A stretch of 59,145 nucleotides of DNA, filler included, from Squatina squatina (lineage: Eukaryota): the NCBI GenBank assembly GCA_031763465.1. It is 3 parts of 3 records of this genome, joined end to end, with 100 filler letters (N's around TTAATTAATTAA, not from the genome) between each part and the next. Parts side by side here need not be neighbours in the genome. Positions count along the whole stretch, not along the records: positions 41,759 to 59,145 come from JARFOE010000121.1; 2 more parts are not named here. One strand, 5' to 3'. Of this stretch, positions 47,889 through 59,145 are shown one piece after another. Under the pieces are notes generated by a model. That model saw nothing but the letters and a program-made list of their open reading frames with translations. It was not told the origin of the DNA and ran no database searches. Position 1 is the stretch's first letter. The number at the start of each line of letters is the position of its first letter. The position numbers and the translations under genes were made by a program.

Positions 47889-50552
47889 CTATTAACAGGG
47901 ACTAGATTTAGGATTATCAGGGACACAGATTGAGGATTATCAGGACATAGATTGAGTATTAACAGGGACTAGATTGAGGATTATCAGAGACACCGATTGA
48001 GGATTATCAGGACATAGATTGAGTATTAACAGGGACACAGGTTGAGGATTATCAGGGACACAGGTTGAGGATTATCAGGACACAGATTGTGTATTAACAG
48101 GGACACAGATTAAGAATTATCAGGGACACAGTTTGAGGATTAACAGGGACACAGATTGAGGATTATTAGGGTTGGAGATGGCGGACCATCAGGGACACAG
48201 ATTGAGGATAATCTGGGGCACAGATTGAAGATTACCACAGATGCAGATTGAGGATAATCAGGGACACAGATTGAGGATTATCTGGGACGCAGATTGAGGG
48301 TTATCAGGGACACAGGTTGAGGATTGTAAGGGACACAGATTGAGGATTATATGGGACACAGGTATAGGATTATCAGGAACACCGATTGAGGATTAACAGC
48401 AACACAGGTTGAGATTATCAGGACATAGATTGACTATTAACAGGGACTAGATTTAGGATTATCAGGGACACAGATTGAGGATTATCAGGACATAGATTGA
48501 GTATTAACAGCGACTAGATTGAGGATTATCAGGGACACAGATTGAGGATTAATAGTGTTGCAGAGTGAGGACTATTATGGACACAGATAGAGGATTAACA
48601 GGGGCACAGATAGAGGATTAAAAGGGAAACAGATGGAGGATTATCAGGGACTCAGATTGAGGATTAATAGTGTTGCAGAGTGAGGACTATTATGAACACA
48701 GATAGAGGATTAACAGGGGCACAGATACAGGATTAACAGGGGCACAGATTGAGAATTAACAGGGCCACAGTTTGATGATTAACAGGGGCACAGATGGAGA
48801 ATTATAAGGGACACAGATTGAGGATTATGAGTGAAACAGATAGAGGATTAAGTGGAATGCAGATTGAGGATTATCAGGGACACAGGTTGAGGATTACCAG
48901 GGACACAGCTTGAGGATTATCAGGGACACAAGTTGAGGATTACCAGGGACACAGATTGAGCGATAATACGGTCACAGCTTGCAGATTATCAGGCAGACAG
49001 ATTGAGGATAATCAGGGACAGAGATTGAGACTTATCAGGGAAACAGATAACATATTAACTTGGACACATATTGAGGATGATCAGCTACAATGTTTGAGTA
49101 TTTATAGGGTCACAGATTGAGGACTATTAGGGACACAGATAGAGGATTAACAGGGGCACAGATTGAGGATTATCAGGGGCACAGATTGAGGATTATCAGG
49201 GGCACAGATTGAGGATTATCGGGGGCACAGATTGAGGATTATCAGGGGCACAGGTTGAGGATTATCAGGAAACAGTTTGCGGAATATTTGGCACAGAGTT
49301 TCAGTATGATCTGGGACACAGATGGAGGATTATCAGGAGCACAGATTGAGGATTACAAGGAAACAGATTGATGATAATCATGGTCACAGATTGAGGATTA
49401 CCAGGGATTCAAATTGAGAATTATCAGGGAGTCAGATTGAGGATTATTAGGGACACAGTTTGAGGATTAATAGTGTCATAGATTTAGGAATATTATGGAC
49501 AAAGATTGATGGTTATCAAGGACAAAAATTGAGGATTATCAGGGACACAGATTGTGGATTATCGGGGCAAAGATTGAGAATTATCAGGGAGACAGATTCA
49601 GGATTATCAGGATGAAGTTTGAGGATTATCAGGGACACAGATTGAGGATGATCAGGATCACAGTCAGTAGATGACCAGTGACACGGAATGTAGATGAACA
49701 GGGACACAGTTTGAGGATTATCAAGGACACAGATTGAGGATTATCAGGGACACACATTGAGGATGATCAGGATCACAGTCAGTAGATCACCAGTGTCACG
49801 GAATGTGGATGAACAGGGACACAGATTGAGGATTATCTGGGACAAACTTTGAGGAATATCAAGGACAGAGATGGAGGATTATCAAGAGACAGTTTGAAGA
49901 ACTTCCGGGACACAGCTTGAGGATTATAAGGATAAAGGTTGATGAATTTCAGGGACATAGATTGAGGTTTATCAGGGCAAACATTGAGGATTATCAGGGA
50001 CACATATTGAGGATGATCAGGATCACATCTTGTGTATCACCAGGGACACAGAATGAAGATTAACAGGGACATAGTTTGAGGATTATCAGGGACATAGATT
50101 GAGGATTATTAGTGATACAGAAGGAGGGATATCAGGGAAAAAGTTTGAGGAATATCAGGGATAGCGATTGCAGCTTATCAGGGACACAGATTGAGGATTA
50201 TCAGAGACACAGATTGAGTATAATCAGGAAACAGGTAGCAGAATATCTGGTGCAGAGTTTCAGGATTATGTGGGACACAGATGGAGGATTTTCAGAGACA
50301 CAGATTGAGGATTATCAGGGACACAGCTTGAGGATCATCTGGGGCACAGATTGAGGATTATCAGGGGCACAGATTGAGGATTATCAGAAAACAGTTTGCG
50401 GAATATCTGGTACAGAGTTTCAAGATTATCTGGGACACAGATGGAGGATTATCAGGGTCACAGATTGAGGATTATCAGGGATTCAAATTGAGAATTATCA
50501 GGGAGTCAGATTGAGGATTATTAGGGACACAGTTTGAGGATTAATAGTGTCA
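47889..50552. repeat. ~23-bp minisatellite CAGGGACACAGATTGAGGATTAT with higher-order blocks
   Basis: More than 100 diverged units. Confidence 0.97.
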
Positions 50553-51153
50553 NNNNNNNNNNNNNNNNNNNNNNNNNNNNNNNNNNNNNNNNNNNNNNNN
50601 NNNNNNNNNNNNNNNNNNNNNNNNNNNNNNNNNNNNNNNNNNNNNNNNNNNNATGACATTTCCTGCACATTTGGTTGTCCGGCACATGAGAAGCATCCTG
50701 GACTTCCCACATGGCACAGGATGGCCAGATAAATCTGTTGGTGTGGGCGTGTTCACTTTGTAGTGATGCGGACTGCAACATCTGCATTGACAGCAGCTGT
50801 ATGGATAAAAGTTGTGGAGAAGGGAAAACGTGCCAGGTAACACCTGACCACAAGCCCAGCCCATTGTCAGCTGATGCTGCTGAAACTTCAATCTGGTGGT
50901 TTGAAGCCATTGAACCTCACCCCATCCCATGAGATTGTTTCCCAATAGCCAGTGCCAGTTATTCACTTAATCCACATGTGAAGTTGGCCTTGCTACATAT
51001 CAGGACCTCACGGACATAATAGGTGGTGGTATGTTTTATTGTTCACCGTTTGTATTCAGTTCTGTCACTGCATGTAATGTGTTGAAATATTCTGATCTTT
51101 TGCAGACAATGTAAGAAGGTGATGAATAACATCAATTTTATTTTTATTTAAAG

Positions 51154-51294
51154 CTCTACTGCCAAGCATTGGCTCCAGGCGGCCATCTTGCTTCCATACA
51201 CTCACAAGAACAGAACGAGTTCATTAAACAGTTAATTCATGCAAAAGACACAACATATCCTTATACTTGGTTCGGTATGAATGACCTCTACAAG
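51154..51294 (+). CDS. C-type lectin exon (LYCQALAPGGHLASIHSQEQNEFIKQLIHAKDTTYPYTWFGMNDLYK)
   Basis: CTLD motifs C…GGHLASIHS…WxG; canonical splice sites; phase 0-0. Confidence 0.92.
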
Positions 51295-51378
51295 GTAACA
51301 TTGTCTGTGAGGTTATAACATATTGTTTATTGTAACAGAAATATCGATGTTTAAATTATGATTTTTATTCATTCACAG

Positions 51379-51484
51379 GAGGGAACTTTCCTTTGGACTG
51401 ATGGATCGGCATCAGATTTTATGAAGTGGGCACCGGGTGAACCCAATAATGGTAGTGGAAAAGAGCACTGTATGCATTTTTACA
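51379..51484 (+). CDS. C-type lectin exon with EPN motif (EGTFLWTDGSASDFMKWAPGEPNNGSGKEHCMHFY)
   Basis: WTDGS…W.PGEPNN…EHC; CAG acceptor and GTAAGT donor. Confidence 0.93.
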
Positions 51485-52427
51485 GTAAGTTGATGCTGCA
51501 AAGTAACATTGTTTTGTTTGGAAATTAATTCCAGACAAATGACTAGATTGACTAAGATTAATGAGCTTCTAGCTGGACTCGGTGTGGTTTGAGATTTAGA
51601 CTTCAGAAGGGCTCTACTGCCAGCCCCTTTTGATCAGTTTGTCCACATTCCAGGTAAATCTGCTTAATGGAGGAATAGACACAAGTCGTACACTGGGTCT
51701 AACACTGCAGATAGAGGCATGTACCTTGGGTGTACCACTGGGGATAGAGGAACATACACTGGGTGTGTTTTTCCAGCTGCTCAATTGACCATCTCTGGAT
51801 TCAGCAGTGATGAGGCTAAGCTGAGACGAGCGTTATAATTATCCCACCTTCAATGAGATATTCCTGACATATACCAGGCTGGAGCCGAGCTCCCATTGGG
51901 TGAGATTCAACTGTTTAAATAACATTTGCAGAAAATTATTCAGCCTTCCTGTGTCCGGCCCTCACTTTACTGATGCACCAAACATCCCTTCCCCTTTCCA
52001 CAGGGGTTTCAATTCCAAGATTAAAAACGACAATGTCTGGATTCTAACTCCAGAAATCACAGCCTTTGCTCCAATCATGAAGTGCATGCAGTAGTGAAGG
52101 TGAATATTTAGCCCTGGTGGCGAGGCGCTCAGTGAAATACAGCCCAGGGTAAGCTCAGCATCTTCAGTCAGGAACTGTCCAAATCCCCACTGAATATTGT
52201 GAGGTTTTCAGATCTCAGTGAGACCACACACTGAGTGCACATGGCATCATTACAGGAATTGCCTCACTTTTTTTTTACTTACAAGGTGAATTCCTGGATC
52301 AAGAGATGTTTAAAAGGAATGGATCACAGACACTGACTCTCCCAAAAAAGAAAGGATGCAACAGTTAGACAAATAGCTGCCTAATTCACTGAGGGGCAAA
52401 AGTTTGATTCTTTCTTTCTTTCTCCAG

Positions 52428-52507
52428 CACCTCCAGGTTTGTGGAATGATCTGGCTTGTGATCATCAGATTTCCTTTGTTTGCTCCTACAAACTGGACTG
52501 CAGCTAG
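52428..52507 (+). CDS. C-type lectin last exon ((T)PPGLWNDLACDHQISFVCSYKLDCS*)
   Basis: WND motif and final CTLD cysteines; phase-1 acceptor matches the previous donor; TAG stop. Confidence 0.9.
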
Positions 52508-52621
52508 AAGAATCTGGCGATGCTCCACGGATCCTTTCCTGCAGTGGATTCAGTGCCTCGATTTGTTTGTAGCCGCAGTCACTGCCTGTGGTGACTGTAC
52601 TGACTTAGTCTCTCAGCCAAT

Positions 52622-52627
52622 AATAAA
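52622..52627 (+). terminator. Polyadenylation signal AATAAA of the C-type lectin gene
   Basis: About 115 nt after the stop, followed by a GT-rich element. Confidence 0.65.
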
Positions 52628-53709
52628 TGTAATTGCATCTTGAGCTGTGTGTTTGATGCTGTGAGTCTCGTTTATAGCAGCCTTCCTGTCCCACTGTAGC
52701 TTCCTACCCACCTCTTCACTCAACACTGCATTGGGAGAAGGCAGCACAGACTTTGCAAAATTTAATTTCCAATATAGGTGACTTTTGGTTATAAAAAGAC
52801 AAACTCTAAAAAGGATGAAATGGACTGAAAGAAATGAAGTGGGAAATATGACTGAAAGGAAATTGGAACTGATTTAAACTGGCACTCATGTAGATTATTG
52901 AAGATAAATAATTGAACTAAAAGTCCCAGAGTCAACGGGGCAATGAAAATGGGAATAAGAAAGATCAACAAACAGTACAGGACTGCAGGGAAAAGGGGGC
53001 CCGGGGAGTCGTGGAATTTACTAAAACAGATTAAAAAAATAATAGGAGAAAAAGAGACAACAGCGAAAGATGTTAACACAACAATCTTCCAGTGTTAACC
53101 CCATTGGCAATATATTCAAAGTCTTCCATCTAAGAACACTCCCTGTGAGTGTCACTCTTGCTTCCTGTCACGCAATTCTGTCACAGTTCAATCTTCCTAT
53201 GATTTGCACTGAGCCAAGTGGTGCGGCAGTATTCCTGATACTTCTCTCATTGGCTGATTAGGTCATGTGATGAACTCCTGCCTTGGTGCTCCCAGGAAGG
53301 TCAACAGACCTAACTCCATCAGCAGGTCTCACCAGCTCCATTTTGCTCCTTCCCTGTTTCCTGCTCCAATGTCTCCAGGTAGTCCCACTCACCGGTGCCT
53401 GCTGCACCCCCTGGCCATGAGAGCAGGCCAGACCCCCATCTGCCCACAATAACCCCCAGCCACAGCTCCTGATTCCTGATGCTTACACGACTGAAGCAGG
53501 GTTCCTGCTGAGCGGAAATGGGAATAAGCTGTGGGTTTCTTTAGCACTTTGAGCCCACTGAAAAATATTCATACGGAGAAGAGCTTCAGAACCTTAGAGC
53601 CAATTTCTGCCTGTGGGAAATAGCTTTTGGTGAAGTGGGGGTGGGATTCCCTGCAGGGTTTATCCATAATGGGAATCTCTGTATGACTATTTCAGTCATA
53701 TTGAGTGTC

Positions 53710-53930
53710 AGCTGTGGCTCAGTGGTAGCACTCTCACATCTGAGTCAGAAGATCTTAGATTCATGTCTCACACCAGATACTTGAGCACAGAATCCATGCT
53801 GGAAATTCAGTGCCGTACTGACACAAGATGTTCAAACCAAGGTCTGACCTGCCTGTTCAGGTGGCTGTAAAAGATCCTCTGGGAGAACTCAAAGAGCAAG
53901 GAGTTCTCCAGGCCAACATTTACCTCAACC
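53710..53930 (+). mobile_element. DeuSINE/SacSINE1-like SINE (head and core)
   Basis: gtggctcagtggtagcactctcacatctgagtcagaag…gtaaaagatcc…aagagcaaggagttctc…ggccaacatttacctcaacc; a second partial copy lies at 54320-54435. Confidence 0.7.
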
Positions 53931-54300
53931 GTGCACAGGAGGCCAGGTTATCTCAGACCGCCACAGCTTCCTGCAAAATCACCTGCTGCCGTCTGGACCA
54001 GGAGGACACGCCATGTCAATGGCCCTCAAATACATCACACACTGGAATTTTGTGCTACTAGATGGGACATCAGTCACGCCGCCCAGTCTGCAGTCCACAA
54101 CTGTATTTAGCAGATGAATGACACCCCCTCTGCCTGGGCTGAGCAGTATATCACTTTCCCCACTGACCTCCGCTGTCACCAGGACAGAGACGGCTTTACA
54201 GCAGGGGCTGGCTTCCCTCACGTGCAGGGCAGGATTGACTGTCCACACGTGGCCATGAGGGTGCCGGACCCTGAGCCAGTGACATCCATCAAAAGAGACA
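53931..54300 (+). mobile_element. Decayed PIF/Harbinger (HARBI1-like) transposase fragment
   Basis: YITFPTD…GFTAGAGFPHVQGRIDCPHVAMRVP resembles the GFPxVxGAIDCTHVxI first-Asp motif; upstream HLLPSGPGGHAMS remnant; frameshifts and stops. Confidence 0.75.
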
Positions 54301-54600
54301 TCAGCATCAGAAAGCCAGGGTAGCACTCTGACCTCCGAGTACAGAATCCATGCTGGCAGATCAGTGCAGTCCTGAGGGAGTACTGCACTGTCAAAGAGAG
54401 CAGGGAGTTCTCCTGGCCAACACTTATCTCTCAACTGTGTGCCGGAGGCCATAGCCCACACACAGGGTCCAGAGACTGAGGCAGTTTCTACACATGTCTT
54501 NNNNNNNNNNNNNNNNNNNNNNNNNNNNNNNNNNNNNNNNNNNNNNNNNNNNNNNNNNNNNNNNNNNNNNNNNNNNNNNNNNNNNNNNNNNNNNNNNNNN

Positions 54601-54915
54601 GGCAGAATGGTCAGTAGCCAGTGGACACAGATTTAAGGGAATTGGCAACAGAACCAGAGGCGACACGAGGGAAAAAATGTTTGCACAGCAAGTTGTCATG
54701 ATCTGGAATTCACTGCCTGAAAGGGTGGTGGAAGCAGATTCAATAGTAACATACAAAAGGGAATTGAATGTACAGTATACTTGAAAAGGAAAAATTTGCT
54801 GGGCTACGGGGAAAGAGTGGGATTAATTGGACAGCTCTTTCAAAGAGCTGGGAGAGGCACGATGGGCCGAGTGGCCTCCCTTTGTGCTGTATCATTCTAC
54901 GATTCTATGATTCTA
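54601..54915 (+). mobile_element. CR1 LINE 3' end with (ATTCTAYG)n tail
   Basis: GHRFK…FAQQVVMIWNSLPERVVEADSI; tail attctacgattctatgattct. Confidence 0.88.
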
Positions 54916-55039
54916 GGATTGCCTGCAATCTCTTGCTACTGATTTGTAGTGTCTGATTGGAAATTTCGTGGGAAGGCCTGATATGGCAGAACAAACAGCT
55001 TCGGCTGGGTGAAGAGAGACAGCAAGAAAGTAAAAGAAA

Positions 55040-55205
55040 GACAGATTTGCATTTATATAGCGCCTTTCGCAATCTCAGGTTGTCCAAAGCCCTTTACAAC
55101 CAATGAAGTACTTTTGATGTGTAGTCACTGTTGTGACGCAGAAAACACTGCAGCCATTATGCGCACAGCAAGATCCCACAAACAGCAACGAATTAAATGC
55201 CTAAA
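55040..55205 (-). mobile_element. SINE/L2 3' tail
   Basis: ttgcatttatatagcgcctttc…ccaatgaagtacttttgatgtgtagtcactgttg; plus-strand copy at 56270-56370. Confidence 0.7.
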
Positions 55206-57019
55206 TCANNNNNNNNNNNNNNNNNNNNNNNNNNNNNNNNNNNNNNNNNNNNNNNNNNNNNNNNNNNNNNNNNNNNNNNNNNNNNNNNNNNNNNNNNNNN
55301 NNNNNNNNAAACGACAACATAGAAGGAAGCGGTGCATGTGCATGTCCAGCTCTTCAACTGGAGTTGTCTAATTGAATCTCATTTCCTGGCCCTTTGCTCC
55401 GATTATTTTATAGTCCTTTTCACCGTTACCAGATTTCTGTTTAATTGATATAGTCTCTGCTTCATTAGCCCCTTTGTAATAAAGCATTCCAATTGTGGAA
55501 AGGTCGCTTCTAACTTTCCCCCTTTGATCTTTGATAATCCTGATTCTATGCTTTATTACCTCAGTGCATACAACCCTTCTTAATTTTGAAAAACAATATT
55601 AGGTTCTCCCTCTAATTTTCTCAATTTAAATAATGTGCTCCAATTTTTGAGCCTTTCTTAATTATAACTTCTCATCCTGATATTCTTGTGAATCATTGCA
55701 CTTTTTCATGTTCTGTTATCCTTTTTAAAATGGGGCGTCCAGAATGCCTACAATAATCCACCTCGAGCCGATCCATGTGCTGCAGGCAGAAGCTGTGGAG
55801 GAGCTGAGTTCAGCCGGTTCCCATGGTGTTGAGGGCAGCATGTACTCCTCCTCTGGTGTCACTATTCCAGTGTNNNNNNNNNNNNNNNNNNNNNNNNNNN
55901 NNNNNNNNNNNNNNNNNNNNNNNNNNNNNNNNNNNNNNNNNNNNNNNNNNNNNNNNNNNNNNNNNNNNNNNNNAACAGTGGCGGTATTAATTGGTGGTGA
56001 CTGTACTACTTAACACAGTTACAGTTCGGGGCTAGCCTTATTGCTAATGTAATCTCAGTATATCAGTGTGAATGGTTTCACTTGTCTGAAGGGGCAGAGG
56101 AATCCGGTACAGGATCAGCCAAGAATTCAGAAGGAATGCAATTTATCCACTCACAGACCCACCCTTAGCAGCCACACTGGGCAGGCCGAGCAGCAGTTCC
56201 TCCCCCCTGAGGATTAGTGCAAACGGATTCAAAAGGAAATTAAATTAAAAATTAAACATTGGTTACAATTTCCAACATTACAACAGTGGCTACACTTCAA
56301 AATGTACTTGATTGACTGTAAAGCACTTTGGGACGTCCGGTGGTCGTGAAAGGCGCCTTTCTTTATTATAGTTGTCCCCGTCGGCAGGAGTTGTCCCCGT
56401 TGGCAGGAATGTGTCCTGTCTTGTTTGACGTTCGGTTGGGATTGATGAAGCTGTCACCAGCCCTTTTCTCTGTGGCTGACGCTGACTGGCTTCTTTCCCC
56501 CTCCCCCACCTTTGTCAGCCCATTACCCTGGCCATAAACAGATTTTACTGAATTATTCATGGCCTGCAGGATTCATTAGTGAAACACGTGAGGTCCCTCA
56601 GGAGCTTGGGCACCAGGCCGAGAAGATTACGTTTCCTGGGCAGTGCTGATTCAGCTCATCGATTCCCTCAGAGCAGTGGTAAAAAAAGATTTATTATAGA
56701 GTCCAGGCATTTTACTGTTAAAGGGACAGTGTTCTTTCTGAGTCTATCATCCATAGACCACAGTTCTCAGGTCCTGGGAATGAATGAGTTTGATTAGGAG
56801 ACAGTGCAATGGGCATTTATCTCAACACAGTGGGGAGGATGGCAAGTGTGAAGGATGGGGTATTTGGAAATTAGGAGGAGATGAAGGCGTAGAAATAGAT
56901 ATGTTTTGCAACCTACACCAATTTAGCAGTGGGACTATGTATGCAGGTCACTGCTCAAATGTATCTCAGTATATCAATGATAATTGTTCCCATGTAGCCG
57001 ACTGGTTCCTTGTAATAAA

Positions 57020-57246
57020 ACCAGAGAATACTGGAAATACTTAGCAGGTCAGGCAGCATCTGTGGAGAGAGAAACAGAGTTAACGTTTCAGGTCAATGAC
57101 CTTTCATCAGAATTGGAAAAAGTTAGAGATGTAACATATTTTAAGCAAAGTGAAAGTGAGTAGGGGAGGAAAGAACAAAAGAGAAGGTCTGTGATAGAGT
57201 GGAGGGCAAGAGTGATTAAATGACAAAAGGTATGACAAAAGAATGT
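57020..57246. mobile_element. Common shark interspersed repeat end (Penelope-like)
   Basis: ctggaaatacttagcaggtcaggcagcatctgtggagagagaaacagagttaacgtttcagg; family assignment from memory. Confidence 0.5.
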
Positions 57247-57346
57247 NNNNNNNNNNNNNNNNNNNNNNNNNNNNNNNNNNNNNNNNNNNNNNNNNNNNNN
57301 NNNNNNNNNNNNNNNNNNNNNNNNNNNNNNNNNNNNNNNNNNNNNN

Positions 57347-59130
57347 CAACTAACGCAGCAGACAATGTCACATCACAAAGCTCAGACACAGAGCTGGAAC
57401 AGGACCTCACTAGCAATAGCTCCAAGGGACATTCTTGTCCTGGTAATAGACCCAATGAAACATACACATTAGCCTCTGAACTAGGAGTGAATACTGAGGT
57501 TGAAGCTGATCAGACCTTTGCTGCCACTAGTAAATGCTTATCATCATCTAACCTTAGCAATGGCTCCTGTACTCCTGTGTCTGATGCAGAGTTAGAACTC
57601 GAGTTTGGGGTTGAGTTTGGGAGCAAGATGCACAGACCACACTCGGAGCAAATGGCTTTTGTGCCACCTGTTCCCGAGAGAATGAATTTGAAGACCGCTG
57701 CCACCACTGCAATGGGTTCTTCCACTCCCAACTTGGCCTCAGAGTTGGAACACAATCACATCACACACGTGACTACTGCTGACTACGCGCAGCCATCTAG
57801 TTCCAATAGTGAATCAGCATCTCCTTCCTCTGACCCAGGCATCGTGGCAGATCTCACCAGTAAGAGCAGCAAGAAATTTATCCAGTCATACCAAAGTGAG
57901 GATGGTGGGTCCTCTGGTTCTGACTCAGAATTGGAAGAACTGGAAGAAGGACTTACATGTGAAAACAGTGCTGCATGCAACATGATTTCTTCCATCTCTG
58001 AGACAGAGTTAGACCTTACCAGTGAAAGCAGCAGTGGTAGGTCATCACACCTAACCAATTCAATCGAGGAAGCAAGCTCACCCAACTCTGATCATGAGAT
58101 TGACTGGGAAGGAGAAATCAGTACTGGAAGTGTCAAAGATCGATTGTACTTGGTAAAGACGGCCAACAATACCAGTGTTGATTCTTTGGAACCAGTTAAC
58201 GAATGGGGCCTTGGCAGTGGGTATACAGGGAGATTACTCTGTGCGGTGGATGAAACCAATTCAGACATTTCTGCCAGAGACTTGGAGTCGGAGCTAATAA
58301 CTGGGTCTTTGCCTGACCAAACTAAAGACCAGGTTACTTCACCACAAGCTTCAGAGTTCCAACCAGATAGTAAGAGTGAAGGTACCAGGCCAACATATCT
58401 TGATATTATACCAAATCAAGCAATAACTCGAGCTCCAAGTCCTAAATTACAAACACAAGAGAATGCTGAAGAGAACAGTGATGATGAACTGAGTAATGAT
58501 TCAGAGTCTTCATGTTCTGATCATGATTCAGACCCTGATCTGAGTGAAAGTTCTGACTCTCCTTGGCTCCTCAGTAACATGGTCAACACAATGATTTCAC
58601 AAGGATCCCACAACGTCAAAGATGAGTGTTGGTTGCAGACTAATTCATTCAGTGAAACCGTTTCCTCATGCTCTGACATTGAGATCGAGCCAGTCAGTGT
58701 CAGCGAGCTACTGTGCACTTCAGGCCCTCAATTTAACTCCGGCCAAGAAAGCTCTGAAAATGCAGATCTTTCCCATCCTGAATTAGACATTGAGATAATG
58801 GACAGCAATGATGATTTTGGTGACTTAATGTGCTCTGAAGATGAAGCGAAAGGAAAAGGGACAAGCACTGAAATAGTGAAGAGAGCAAAGAGAAGAAAAG
58901 AAGATCTTCTGAAACTAGAGCTGAAGATCATGATCGACGACACAAGGAGCTTAAGGAGCGTGGGCCTTGTGATGGATAGCGAGAAAATCGACAAAAGAAA
59001 GAGCTTGGTCAGGAAGGCAGGGTTGAATAAATGGAAAGGAAACACAGAGGGAGAAAAGACAAAGGGCGGCCAATTCGAGGTAAAACTTCCAGTGCGAAGT
59101 CGGCGCAAAACAGCCATAAAGGCACTTTAG
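57347..59130 (+). CDS. MAPK8IP2: MAPK8IP2 (JIP2/IB2) large central exon, 5' end in gap; homology fades after ~58840
   Basis: [46 protein letters not shown] and [27 protein letters not shown] match recalled human JIP2 blocks. Confidence 0.88.
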
Positions 59131-59145
59131 CCGCGAAAACGAGGG

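Noticed and set aside
44079-50354. Repetitive ORFs (LTLTGSGTDSHW, VRERLTQG, PDNPQSVSLII)
   Set aside because: Incidental translations of minisatellites, with stops in neighbouring units
50711-50836. Cys-rich ORF (CSLCSDADCNICIDSSCMDKSCGEGKTCQ) with a CAG|GTAAC donor, as a lectin 5' exon
   Set aside because: Lacks the expected CPxxW…CY…W..AE pattern and a clear signal peptide or acceptor; unsupported without transcripts

Overview
Vertebrate genomic DNA, most likely from a cartilaginous fish (shark-type CR1/L2 LINE tails and DeuSINE/SacSINE1-like SINEs), taken from a fragmented assembly with many 100-N placeholder gaps. Two artificial N44-TTAATTAATTAA-N44 linkers (26091-26190, 41659-41758) join three scaffolds that need not be neighbours. 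Scaffold 1 (1-26090) carries the conserved TACC1(-), FGFR1(+), possible LETM2(-), NSD3(+) block, with only some exons assembled. Scaffold 2 (26191-41658) carries the head-to-head pair FIG4(-)/AK9(+). One FIG4 exon has a 1-nt frameshift and one FIG4 intron has a U12-type donor. Scaffold 3 (41759-59145) carries two exons of an unusual minus-strand modular gene (LamG/TSPN exon; then Kunitz end, GACC Cys module interrupted by G[YF][DN]xx repeats, VWC, and the start of a tyrosinase-like domain). It also holds three large minisatellites, an EPN-type C-type lectin, a decayed Harbinger transposase and the large exon of MAPK8IP2/JIP2 with an anomalous basic tail. The modular tyrosinase-like gene is the best candidate for something undescribed. 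Gene calls rest on recalled human protein sequences and hand-read splice sites; no database search was run.
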